From a virus: a stretch of 34,141 nucleotides of DNA. The notes under the pieces are model-generated. The model ran no database searches. It was given only the letters and a program-made list of their open reading frames with translations, and was not told the origin of the DNA. Where the stretch lies: the UHGV virus genome UHGV-0461192, one strand, 5' to 3'. Positions 1-7,684 of this stretch are shown piece by piece (the first letter of the stretch is position 1; the number at the start of each line of letters is the position of its first letter). The position numbers and the translations under genes were made by a program.

Positions 1-50
1 TCGTTTCGGCGCAATTTTCAGCAAACGATCAAAAGTGGTGAAAAATATCG

Positions 51-78
51 TTGACTCATCGCGCCAGGTAAGTAGAAT
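51..78 (+). promoter_or_regulatory. candidate sigma70 promoter of the tRNA operon
   Basis: TTGACT (51-56), 16-bp spacer, TAGAAT (73-78), preceded by an A/T-rich tract; lies ~75 nt upstream of the first tRNA. Confidence 0.4.
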
Positions 79-151
79 GCAACGCATCGAACGGCGGCAC
101 TGATTGCCAGACGATAATAAAATCAAGTGATTAACTGATTGCTTGATGAAT

Positions 152-227
<76 letters not shown>

Positions 228-280
228 GTTTAAAAGGCATCGGCGTCAGCGGATGTCTGGCTGAAAGGCCTGAAGAATTT

Positions 281-354
281 GGCGCGTTAACAAAGCGGTT
301 ATGTAGCGGATTGCAAATCCGTCTAGTCCGGTTCGACTCCGGAACGCGCCTCCA
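281..354 (+). tRNA. cysT: tRNA-Cys (anticodon GCA)
   Basis: 74-nt sequence GGCGCGTTAACAAAGCGGTTATGTAGCGGATTGCAAATCCG...CGCGCCTCCA; anticodon loop ATTGCAAAT; T-arm GGTTCGACTCC; encoded CCA. Confidence 0.93.
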
Positions 355-366
355 CTTTTTTCCCGA

Positions 367-453
367 GCCCGGATGGTGGAATCGGTAGACACAAGGGATT
401 TAAAATCCCTCGGCGTTCGCGCTGTGCGGGTTCAAGTCCCGCTCCGGGTACCA
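367..453 (+). tRNA. leuZ: tRNA-Leu (anticodon TAA), long variable arm
   Basis: 87-nt sequence GCCCGGATGGTGGAATCGGTAGACACAAGGGATTTAAAATCCC...GGGTACCA; class II tRNA with extra arm; anticodon loop GATTTAAAATC. Confidence 0.93.
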
Positions 454-496
454 TGGGAAAGATAAGAATAAAATCAAAGCAATAAGCAGTGTCGTG

Positions 497-522
497 AAAC
501 CACCTTCGGGTGGTTTTTTTGT
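497..522 (+). terminator. rho-independent terminator of the tRNA operon
   Basis: hairpin AAACCACC-TTCG-GGTGGTTT followed by a T-run (TTTTTTTGT). Confidence 0.7.
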
Positions 523-583
523 ATCTTCTTTCTCATTTCCGAAGATGCGTCCGAAGATGATTTTTCTCTGGACGCATCATCAT

Positions 584-1630
584 TCATTTTCTCTGGCCAC
601 CAACTACGGGCACTACTTTAACTTTCCGGTCATATGCTGCTGTCTGTCGCGGGTTCTTATGCCCGGAAATTGCTTGCTTCTCTTCCAGGCTGCCTTCCAG
701 ATCAGAGATACCTTTTGCTTTCAGATCATGAAATGTGAAGTCTATTTGCAGATGAGGATATTTTTCCTGTGCTGCCGCTTTGACATCACGCCAACGAGAG
801 TTAAAACCATCACGGGTATACTTGCCACCGGTAGTTTGATGAATCACAAACAGGCTACTGATTCCCGTTTTTAATGGCAGAGAACGAGCCAGAGCTATCG
901 CTTTCTGCAGACGAGGCGACCAGGCTTTGATTTGCTTAACGCCGGTTTTTCCCTGACGAATGTAGATCCCGGAATCGAACAGCTGGTCTTTCTGCAATGA
1001 AAGTACATCACTCTGTCTGGCCACGCATAAGTAGGCAATCTCCATTGCTACGCGAACAACATCAGGAGACACTTCATAAACGGCCTGATATTCTTCATCC
1101 GTAATATAACGTTCGCGAGCTTTCTCTTTAAACTGTTTAACTCCCTGACAAGGATTCCTCTGAACATAACCTCGTTCATAACCCCAACGGAATACCCGGG
1201 ACATAAAGCTTTTTTCCCTGTTTGCCTGAGTTCGGCTTGATAAACCGCGTTGATCCATATAGCGCCGAATATGTTCAGGTTTGATTTTATCCGGGTCGAT
1301 CTTCCCGAAGACAGGCAGAACTTTTCCGGAATATTTTGTGTAGTCTTTCCGGGTTTCGACTGCCAAATCCATAAAATCAGGGGAGGTCATGAATTGTTCC
1401 GTGAGCGCCTGAAAAGTATTTCTTTCTTTTTCGTCACCGACCGCTTTTTCATATGCCAGCCATACGGCTGATCGTGGTGCATCCAATGCGCACAGGCGTA
1501 TCGCTTTGTTATCTTTATTCCTGAATTCGTAGGCCGCTTTGCCCTGGTAAACACGAGGCGGCATCCAGTTATCTGCTGGGTTCTTTCTCTTTCCGGCCAT
1601 TAAATATTGCTCCAAAATCAGGTTCATCAT
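584..1630 (-). CDS. int: phage tyrosine integrase (site-specific recombinase)
   Basis: 348-aa ORF; C-terminal region carries tyrosine-recombinase-like motifs (HDLKAKG ... SGHKN ... AAYDRK with candidate catalytic Tyr); positioned next to a tRNA gene and overlapped by an Xis-like ORF, as in lambda int-xis. Confidence 0.85.
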   Translation of the reverse strand: MMNLILEQYLMAGKRKNPADNWMPPRVYQGKAAYEFRNKDNKAIRLCALDAPRSAVWLAYEKAVGDEKERNTFQALTEQFMTSPDFMDLAVETRKDYTKYSGKVLPVFGKIDPDKIKPEHIRRYMDQRGLSSRTQANREKSFMSRVFRWGYERGYVQRNPCQGVKQFKEKARERYITDEEYQAVYEVSPDVVRVAMEIAYLCVARQSDVLSLQKDQLFDSGIYIRQGKTGVKQIKAWSPRLQKAIALARSLPLKTGISSLFVIHQTTGGKYTRDGFNSRWRDVKAAAQEKYPHLQIDFTFHDLKAKGISDLEGSLEEKQAISGHKNPRQTAAYDRKVKVVPVVGGQRK

Positions 1631-1832
1631 CTTTTCGCGTCGTCACCTCCTGTAAATTGCGAAATTTTATTGGGTTCATGAAATGGCCCCAGGTTGTTTT
1701 TGGGTGTCCGTCAGCCCTTTCCATGAAGAAAATTCCAGCCCGGCGAAGAGCCTCACATTGCTTTGATTTAAGTGGGCTTCCCGTCAGCTCGACCATTTCT
1801 TCTCTGGTGATTATGTCGTGATCGCTTTTCAT
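1569..1832 (-). CDS. xis: putative excisionase / small DNA-binding protein
   Basis: 87-aa ORF immediately upstream of and overlapping int; sequence DIITREEMVELTGSPLKSKQCEALRRAGIFFMERADGHPKTTW resembles winged-helix Xis/AlpA-like proteins. Confidence 0.55.
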   Translation of the reverse strand: MKSDHDIITREEMVELTGSPLKSKQCEALRRAGIFFMERADGHPKTTWGHFMNPIKFRNLQEVTTRKDDEPDFGAIFNGRKEKEPSR

Positions 1833-2022
1833 GGTCTTTCCTCATTATGTAGCTTATTGCGTCATCTGCCTTCTGGCAGGCACGGGCAATATCAGACTCG
1901 GTCAAAGTCTGTTTCCTGACGCTGGCCGACAGTCGACCAATTTTGATATCAAATGCGGAGAGCAGAGTTGCTCCCGGTTGCCATCGCAGCATTGTGATCC
2001 TCCGGTGTCTGGTGAATCGCAA
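1768..2022 (-). CDS. hypothetical small protein (uncertain)
   Basis: 84-aa ORF co-oriented with the early-left operon; overlaps the xis ORF start; no recognisable motif. Confidence 0.3.
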   Translation of the reverse strand: MRFTRHRRITMLRWQPGATLLSAFDIKIGRLSASVRKQTLTESDIARACQKADDAISYIMRKDHEKRSRHNHQRRNGRADGKPT

Positions 2023-2041
2023 TGCTAGCGATGGTGAGTTT

Positions 2042-2224
2042 TTATTTCTGATTAGGCGTAATCAGTTCTTGTGGGGTGAATGCCGATTTCTCCCGAGTGA
2101 CCTTAATGTTTTCTGGCAGGTGTAGCCCAAGTTCGCAGCGGCTCCGTGCTTCAATAATGCCATTGGTACCATCGGCAAGTACCAGGTGAACCGCGTCACC
2201 ACGCTTTAATGTGAGTTTAAGCAT
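2042..2224 (-). CDS. small protein with CsrA/RsmA-like signature (hypothetical)
   Basis: 60-aa ORF; start ATG overlaps the stop of the upstream gene (TAATG), suggesting translational coupling; ungapped alignment to E. coli CsrA gives identities at M1 L2 L4 T5 G9 G33 P37 V42 R44 E45 (from memory of the CsrA sequence). Confidence 0.45.
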   Translation of the reverse strand: MLKLTLKRGDAVHLVLADGTNGIIEARSRCELGLHLPENIKVTREKSAFTPQELITPNQK

Positions 2225-2793
2225 TAGCGTATCCTCAGTGACCGTTCGCCGCGTTCCAGATGTGCGCCTGGTACCGGGTTTAATAACTCGGCTGGTGGTG
2301 TTTCTCCACGCGCCAGTATTTCGGCGGCAACCGCCTCCGCAGATTCAATCACTTCTTTAATGGCTCGCTTGTTTGGTGTAATAACCGTTTCTACATCAAC
2401 AAGTGACACGCCCTCATACTCATCCGGGATCTTATCTTTGCTATCGATAATTACCCGGATAGCCCCCTGTGCATCAGTAAATGTGTTTTTTGCGGTTTTC
2501 AGTTTATCCAGGCCAGCAGCTTGCAGGCAGGTGAGCATATGCTTTCGAATTGCTTTTTCCTTGCCTTCAAAGGACGTCTTACGGGTTGCCAGGCGAGACA
2601 TTTCTTCAGCGCAGGTATTGGCATTGCCCTGTAAATTACGGCAGATGACCATCATGGCGTCCAGTTTGTCTCCCAGTTCTCCTTCCATGCCTTCAAGCGT
2701 GTCGGCGATCATCTCTGGCGTCAGTTCATCGGCGGTTTCTAACAGGTCAATCAGACTGGCATATTCTTTTGCAATAGCGATAGCAGTGCTCAT
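2224..2793 (-). CDS. Gp157-like phage protein
   Basis: 189-aa acidic ORF (MSTAIAIAKEYASLIDLLETADELTPEMIADTLEGMEGEL...) resembling the Siphovirus Gp157 family, which typically sits next to phage recombination genes. Confidence 0.55.
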   Translation of the reverse strand: MSTAIAIAKEYASLIDLLETADELTPEMIADTLEGMEGELGDKLDAMMVICRNLQGNANTCAEEMSRLATRKTSFEGKEKAIRKHMLTCLQAAGLDKLKTAKNTFTDAQGAIRVIIDSKDKIPDEYEGVSLVDVETVITPNKRAIKEVIESAEAVAAEILARGETPPAELLNPVPGAHLERGERSLRIR

Positions 2794-5006
2794 GCTGTTT
2801 GCTCCTGTGCAGCGGTAAGGGCGGCGAGGCGTTCAGTTTTAATGTCGGTGATACGGCGCAGACGTGATCCCAGATACGATGAATATTCTTTATCGCCTTT
2901 GGTTTCCGCTGCTTTCCTGTGTACATCCACTTCGCGGGCGATGAGGCCAAATACCTTGTTTACTTCGTTGGCGGTTACCGCGGCGGCCAGCGTATTGGCA
3001 ACGTTGATAAGCTTCTCATCCAGTTCCTTACGCAGACGGGTAGCATCTTCCGCATTCTCGCTGGCATTCTTGATATCAAACTCAGCTTTATTCCTCTGGC
3101 GGTATTCCGGATTGTCGTACAGGCCCATGAAAATATCGGCGCTGAATCCGAGAGGGGATAGCGCTTTCTTAACAGCATCCGTCCAGGATTTCTTCGGTGC
3201 TTCGCCGTCGCTTGTTGGTCCGTATTTAGTGTCGTAGATATAAGGTGTGCATCCGTAAGCCTCGGACTCACCGCGTACCCCATTCAATATGTACCAGACT
3301 CTCACTTTCATGGTGTGGTGCATTTCACATAGGTACCCGCCAACACCGTCTTGAATCAGATCCCATTCTATTTTTTCACCAACCTGTTTTTTGCGAACTA
3401 TTGGTGCGCCTTTATCAAAGCGCTCCTCCAGCACCTCTACCCCCCAGCCAATACCAAATGGCCCAAATTCGCGAGTCGCTTTCATCGCTATATAAGTGCC
3501 GTTGATGGATGTGCCGCCGCCATTCTGAGAGAAAGCACTGGTGAAGCGCTCATCGGTTTTGAATACGTTCTTCCACAATGCCAGGTTATCCGTGTCATCT
3601 GAGTCCTTTAACTCCGTTTCGATAGCTGAGATTGCATTCTGCCGCTTGTGCTCTTCGGCATGGATCCGCTCAACCAGCGCGTCAACGTTCTGCACCAGAT
3701 CCTTTACCTGCTCGCTAAGTTGTTCTTGTGGAGGAGTCTCTTCTGCCAGGGTAATAGCTGCAGGTTCCCTCTGTGATACGGCGTTATTTTCAGGTACGTC
3801 ATACACATGGCGAGGCGTGACAAACTGCTCACGCAACTGCTGCAAACTACGTTCTCCAGCATTTGCAGCTTCGCTTTTTTCGCCCTGATTTGAGGGTGTT
3901 TCTGACATCATCCCATCAATTGAGAATCGTCCGCCGCCGTGGTTGGTGACTTTTACATCATCCTTGGGTGCTGCTTCCTTTGGCTTCTCTTCAACAGCAT
4001 TTGCATCACGCTGCCCGTTAGCTTGCAGCCAGTTGTCGATGTGACTGCGCAGGGATTGTGGGAAGTGGTACGTGTCTTTTGCGGGGGCGCTCTGAATAAC
4101 ACCGAATACTGATGCGCGGTCATAGGCAAGGATCTGATCCGTTGTGCGCAAGGCCATTGACCAGCGTTTAAAATCTTCCCTGTCCTGACTGATTATTTCG
4201 TCTGCCGCTTTCAGGATGCTGGGGGTGATTTTTTCCGGGGCAACAGGTAACAGGGCGCAGGCAATTTCACGATCCAGAGTGGCGTGAGTCTGTTTGTAAG
4301 GACGTGCGGATGCTGTTTCTGGTTTTACCTCCGGCAGCATTTCATCTCGTTTACCGGGATTCTCTACCCATTTTTTTATAAATTTGGAGATAGTCCAACT
4401 GGTCGGGTTTTGTTCCTGGGTATCGCAACTTGCCAAAATTGCATGTACCAGATTATTCAATCCAGCAATATGCATGTACTCGATGGGCTTACACGCCACC
4501 ATGGCATCAAGAACGATGCGGTTAAACGCGTCAACCTCATCCTCACTGTCAGTATCACTGTTATCGAGCATCTCCAGGTATTCACGCGTCTGCACAAGCA
4601 ATTCACTGTCGACTTCGTTGGCGTCGTGGCTGAACAGCAGAACGGCGGCGAATCGTTCACGAGCCGGCAGTTTCATCAGGTCGCTAACCTGTGAGATATC
4701 TGCTGAACTGCAATCTGAATCAACAGGAGTGTTAACTACCCATTTTTCGCCATCAAAACTGTGTTCTGTGGCAAACGTCTCATCAAACTCACCGACGCCT
4801 GGGCGCGGTTGGCCCGGGGCATCTTCCCAGATTTTAGGTTTGAAATAGTTGTCGCCGTGGTCAGGGTAGGCTTCCCACAATTTGCCGATGATGATGTTCT
4901 CGGCAACTTTTTTGTTAGGGGCGGCGATGGCGATGGCCAGCGCCGGGATCGCGCCGTTTTTGAGCGCGCCTTTTTTCGCTTCTAACAAGCCGTTAAAAAT
5001 GGTCAT
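2790..5006 (-). CDS. large recombination-associated protein with Rad52/Erf-type single-strand annealing signature in its C-terminal third
   Basis: 738-aa ORF; region FGPFGIGWGVEV...YGCTPYIYDTKYG...KKSWTDAVKKALSPLGFSADIFMGLYD resembles the conserved Rad52/Erf motif (K..TDA.K+AL..FG...); N-terminal ~500 aa of unknown function with long acidic stretches. Confidence 0.5.
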   Translation of the reverse strand: MTIFNGLLEAKKGALKNGAIPALAIAIAAPNKKVAENIIIGKLWEAYPDHGDNYFKPKIWEDAPGQPRPGVGEFDETFATEHSFDGEKWVVNTPVDSDCSSADISQVSDLMKLPARERFAAVLLFSHDANEVDSELLVQTREYLEMLDNSDTDSEDEVDAFNRIVLDAMVACKPIEYMHIAGLNNLVHAILASCDTQEQNPTSWTISKFIKKWVENPGKRDEMLPEVKPETASARPYKQTHATLDREIACALLPVAPEKITPSILKAADEIISQDREDFKRWSMALRTTDQILAYDRASVFGVIQSAPAKDTYHFPQSLRSHIDNWLQANGQRDANAVEEKPKEAAPKDDVKVTNHGGGRFSIDGMMSETPSNQGEKSEAANAGERSLQQLREQFVTPRHVYDVPENNAVSQREPAAITLAEETPPQEQLSEQVKDLVQNVDALVERIHAEEHKRQNAISAIETELKDSDDTDNLALWKNVFKTDERFTSAFSQNGGGTSINGTYIAMKATREFGPFGIGWGVEVLEERFDKGAPIVRKKQVGEKIEWDLIQDGVGGYLCEMHHTMKVRVWYILNGVRGESEAYGCTPYIYDTKYGPTSDGEAPKKSWTDAVKKALSPLGFSADIFMGLYDNPEYRQRNKAEFDIKNASENAEDATRLRKELDEKLINVANTLAAAVTANEVNKVFGLIAREVDVHRKAAETKGDKEYSSYLGSRLRRITDIKTERLAALTAAQEQTA

Positions 5007-5036
5007 TGGTCTTTCCTCATTACAGGTCAGTGGTTT

Positions 5037-5357
5037 TTAGTAGGGGAGCTCATCGGTATCTGGCGTGTATTCGATGCAAAGTAACTGCTGGATTTTGTCA
5101 TCGATAGCAGCAATACGCTGTTGGGCGTCGGCGACTGTTTTCTGTTTTTGTTCACGCAGTTGCTCGACCTGTAAACCGATGATGTCGATTGGCTCGGGCT
5201 GGTTAACGGTAATTTCAATTTCGCGGCTTTCCAGAAGGATGTACCTGTCTGGAAAATTTTTTGACATATCAACAGTCGCAACAAGCAGCTTTTCGTGGCT
5301 GAAAGTTGAAGTTGCATAATGAATAAAGAGTGTTACTGGGATGGTGCGCGCTTCCAT
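5037..5357 (-). CDS. hypothetical early protein
   Basis: 106-aa ORF with AGGAG RBS upstream of ATG; first gene of the leftward early operon after the long leader. Confidence 0.5.
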   Translation of the reverse strand: MEARTIPVTLFIHYATSTFSHEKLLVATVDMSKNFPDRYILLESREIEITVNQPEPIDIIGLQVEQLREQKQKTVADAQQRIAAIDDKIQQLLCIEYTPDTDELPY

Positions 5358-6223
5358 AGCGACTCCTTGGTAATGTATACTCAGAGCCGATCAGCGAATA
5401 TTGATCAGCTTCCATAGCGTCAGTGTCGTTGGTCTTTCCTCATCACAAGTTTGGTCACTTGTGATAAATCCGAATGGTTTGGTCGCCGTTCGGGGTAACT
5501 GGCCCGCCTTGTGCGGGTCTTTTGCTATCTAAAGGGTGCCGGTTACGTTTCCGGCGTCGTTATGTTTCCATTACGACCGTACAGGGCTGGTCAGGCCCGG
5601 GCTGGTCTTTCCTGTTTTGAGCTGGTCAGGCTCATGGTCAACGCTGGTCAGGCGTGGTACTTCCTCCGGTCTTTCCCTGGTGTCACGCTGCGGGTTTGGC
5701 CTCTCCTGTTGGGGACTCAGGCACAGCGATAAAACCTGGCTGTGTGAAAAAATGGCCCATCGTGCGGACTGGGCAAAGACTAAACACAGCAAATTGATGA
5801 TGGGCGCCCGGAATCGAACCGGGTAACGGGCAGGGAGTTCCCGTTAAACACCTGTTCACCACAACCGGGAGCGCACTCCGCCATTTCAAAATTTAACGAC
5901 AAAGCTCAAAGTTGAGTCGATGAAGTGCGCTCTCGTGTTGTAGCCAGGACTCTTCCCTGGTGGTCACACCGTATCGCCTTGATGGTGAATCAATCGCTCA
6001 TACCTGGCTGTGGCTTGCACATTCCGGCTACCTGCTATGGAGACAACGCGTTAAGGCTCCGCTTCCATCCAGACCGCTTCGACACATGTGCCATATGCCG
6101 GTGAAGTCTTTCCCTCTGTCACCGTGTTGGCGCCGACGCGCAAAATTTGGTGCCGTCTTTCCGGCTGTCAGAACGTGTTTCTGAACAACTGCCGCTGGGT
6201 AAGCGTTGTTGATGAAAGTGACT

Positions 6224-6246
6224 TTACAATTTGTATTTGTAATGGT
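6224..6246. promoter_or_regulatory. candidate left operator (oL-like) with TTTGTAAT half-site repeats
   Basis: TTTACAATTTGTATTTGTAATGG; shares the TTTGTAAT motif with the repressor-cro intergenic region. Confidence 0.4.
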
Positions 6247-6367
6247 CAATGTGTTTTTAAAAAATAATTTGTAGTGAGGGGCAAAAAAATATTCACTGTG
6301 TAAAGGTGTTTTTGTGTTAGGGGAAAGTTGCATGCCAGCAGCGGCTGGCCTGGAAATTTGAACTGAA

Positions 6368-6796
6368 CTATTTTGTCTGGTTTTTGGCTTCAAGTAGTTC
6401 TTTTAGCAGTAGATCGAAGTGCTCTCTTTTTTCTTTTAGCTCATTGATTAATTTATTTTTTTCGCTCTCAGGCAGTCCTCTGAATAGTTGCAGTAGAGCC
6501 TGTTCTTGCGGGGTTAGTTCTTGATTGTAATTACCCGGGTGTAGTGTGGATTCATCCAAATATTCCCCTTCATTCATGAAGAAAAAATGAACAGGGTATC
6601 CGGTCACTTTTGCTAGCTTGTCTAATTTATCTTTTCTTGGAGTTACCCCATTACACCATGCCTGAACTGATTGAGCCGTAACCCCAATATGGCGAGCTAA
6701 CTCAGATTGAGACCAGCCTAAGTCTTTTAGAATCCGTTGTAGTCGGCTAGCAAAAGCCATGTTTTTCGTTTTTGTGTTCATACCGTAAGGATACAA
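6368..6796 (-). CDS. prophage repressor, XRE-family HTH, no S24 peptidase domain
   Basis: 142-aa ORF with HTH segment LGWSQSELARHIGVTAQSVQAWCNG; divergent from a Cro-like gene; C-terminus lacks Ser-Lys autocleavage motifs. Confidence 0.8.
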   Translation of the reverse strand: MYPYGMNTKTKNMAFASRLQRILKDLGWSQSELARHIGVTAQSVQAWCNGVTPRKDKLDKLAKVTGYPVHFFFMNEGEYLDESTLHPGNYNQELTPQEQALLQLFRGLPESEKNKLINELKEKREHFDLLLKELLEAKNQTK

Positions 6797-6879
6797 GGTT
6801 TAATTGTAGGGAGCATTGCAAATATAATTTGTAATTACAGTTATTGTTTGTAATGATGACGCGGACACAAGGAGTCCAT
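6797..6879. promoter_or_regulatory. repressor-cro intergenic region: candidate oR operators and divergent promoters
   Basis: palindrome TGTAATTACA (6830-6839) and repeated TTTGTAAT (6828-6835, 6847-6854); possible pR -35 TTGTAA / -10 TAATGA; AAGGAG RBS before the cro-like ATG. Confidence 0.5.
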
Positions 6880-7110
6880 ATGGATAAACAACTGCAAGAC
6901 AAAATTCTTTCCGTAATGAGTCAATCCGAGTTAGGGCGGCGATTAGGGAAAAAACCACAAACGGTAAGCCTCTGGTTCAAAGGACGGGTTCCCGGTGAAG
7001 AGGTTTTGCGCACATCTGAAGCTCTTGAATGGCGCGTGACCCCTCATGATCTTAGACCGGATCTTTACCCAAACCCAGATGACAGCTTGCCTAAAACGGA
7101 AGCAGCTTAA
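6880..7110 (+). CDS. Cro-like regulator (YdaS-like HTH protein)
   Basis: start chosen at MDKQLQDKIL after the AAGGAG RBS; SQSELGRRLGKKPQTVSLWFKGRVPGEEVL...RPDLYP resembles Rac-prophage YdaS. Confidence 0.7.
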   Translation: MDKQLQDKILSVMSQSELGRRLGKKPQTVSLWFKGRVPGEEVLRTSEALEWRVTPHDLRPDLYPNPDDSLPKTEAA

Positions 7111-7168
7111 CTGTTGGTGAGCCCCAAATCTGATTAAGCGTAATCAATTTTTAGCGACAGGAGACGCT

Positions 7169-7645
7169 ATGGAAAACCAAGAGGAATTACAAAAAGAGAT
7201 TTTGACCTGGGCGGCAAGGGCAGGGCAGGAACTCGTCACGATTGAAATCTGCCGGGCCTGGTTCAGTCAGGGACGCAATGATGAGTTGAGACTACATGAA
7301 TTTGAGGACGCGGACGGCAACGTGGACTGGAGAGCCATCAACAACAATCGGCAGAAAATCTTTCGCTGGTTACGTGGCGAGACAACGGCGGCGCGCCGAA
7401 AAACTCAGGTGCTGGCCAGTGTGATGAAAGCCGTGCTACCCGCAGAACGGCGGGCACGTCTGGAGTCGCCGGGCGATCCCGTTTTGCTGGCAACGCTGGC
7501 GGCAAAAGAAGGGGTGGAAGCGATTAACGCTGTACATCTCCACTTCGCGCCAGAGTTAACTATTCAGGAAATTGACGAAGCAATAGCGGCGCTGGTAGCG
7601 ACGCGAGGAGCAGTGATACGCACTGCGCAAGACCACCATGCATGA
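7169..7645 (+). CDS. YdaT-like protein (CII-like regulator family)
   Basis: 158-aa ORF; AINNNRQKIFRWLRGETTAARRKTQVLASVMKAVLPAERRARL resembles the remembered Rac YdaT motif (W..QQNIYHRWLKGETKTQREKIQ...LPRELRHRL). Confidence 0.65.
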   Translation: MENQEELQKEILTWAARAGQELVTIEICRAWFSQGRNDELRLHEFEDADGNVDWRAINNNRQKIFRWLRGETTAARRKTQVLASVMKAVLPAERRARLESPGDPVLLATLAAKEGVEAINAVHLHFAPELTIQEIDEAIAALVATRGAVIRTAQDHHA

Positions 7646-7684
7646 GCGCCTGACCAGCGTTTAACTTATACCGAGGAAAGACCG

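Noticed and set aside
494-874. Plus-strand 126-aa ORF starting just after the tRNA terminator
   Set aside because: Almost entirely antisense to the integrase gene; translation is low-complexity; no functional signature.
2842-4985. Several plus-strand ORFs of 74-154 aa (e.g. 2842-3237, 3541-3888, 4384-4848) overlapping the 738-aa minus-strand gene
   Set aside because: They lie antisense within a long, well-supported ORF, have Ser/Cys/Arg-rich low-complexity translations and no RBS; typical shadow ORFs.
5560-5720. Possible CRISPR array suggested by repeated GCTGGTCAGGC copies
   Set aside because: Only three short (11-bp) copies with irregular spacing and no uniform spacers; no cas genes; the same motif recurs singly at gene starts.
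5511-6393. Overlapping small ORFs on both strands in the early-left leader (5511-5732, 5536-5826, 5571-5792, 5683-5889, 5960-6184, 6028-6393)
   Set aside because: Mutually overlapping, lacking RBS, with Pro/Arg/Gly-rich translations driven by the repeat content; I considered an N-like antiterminator here but none has a convincing arginine-rich motif with a proper start.
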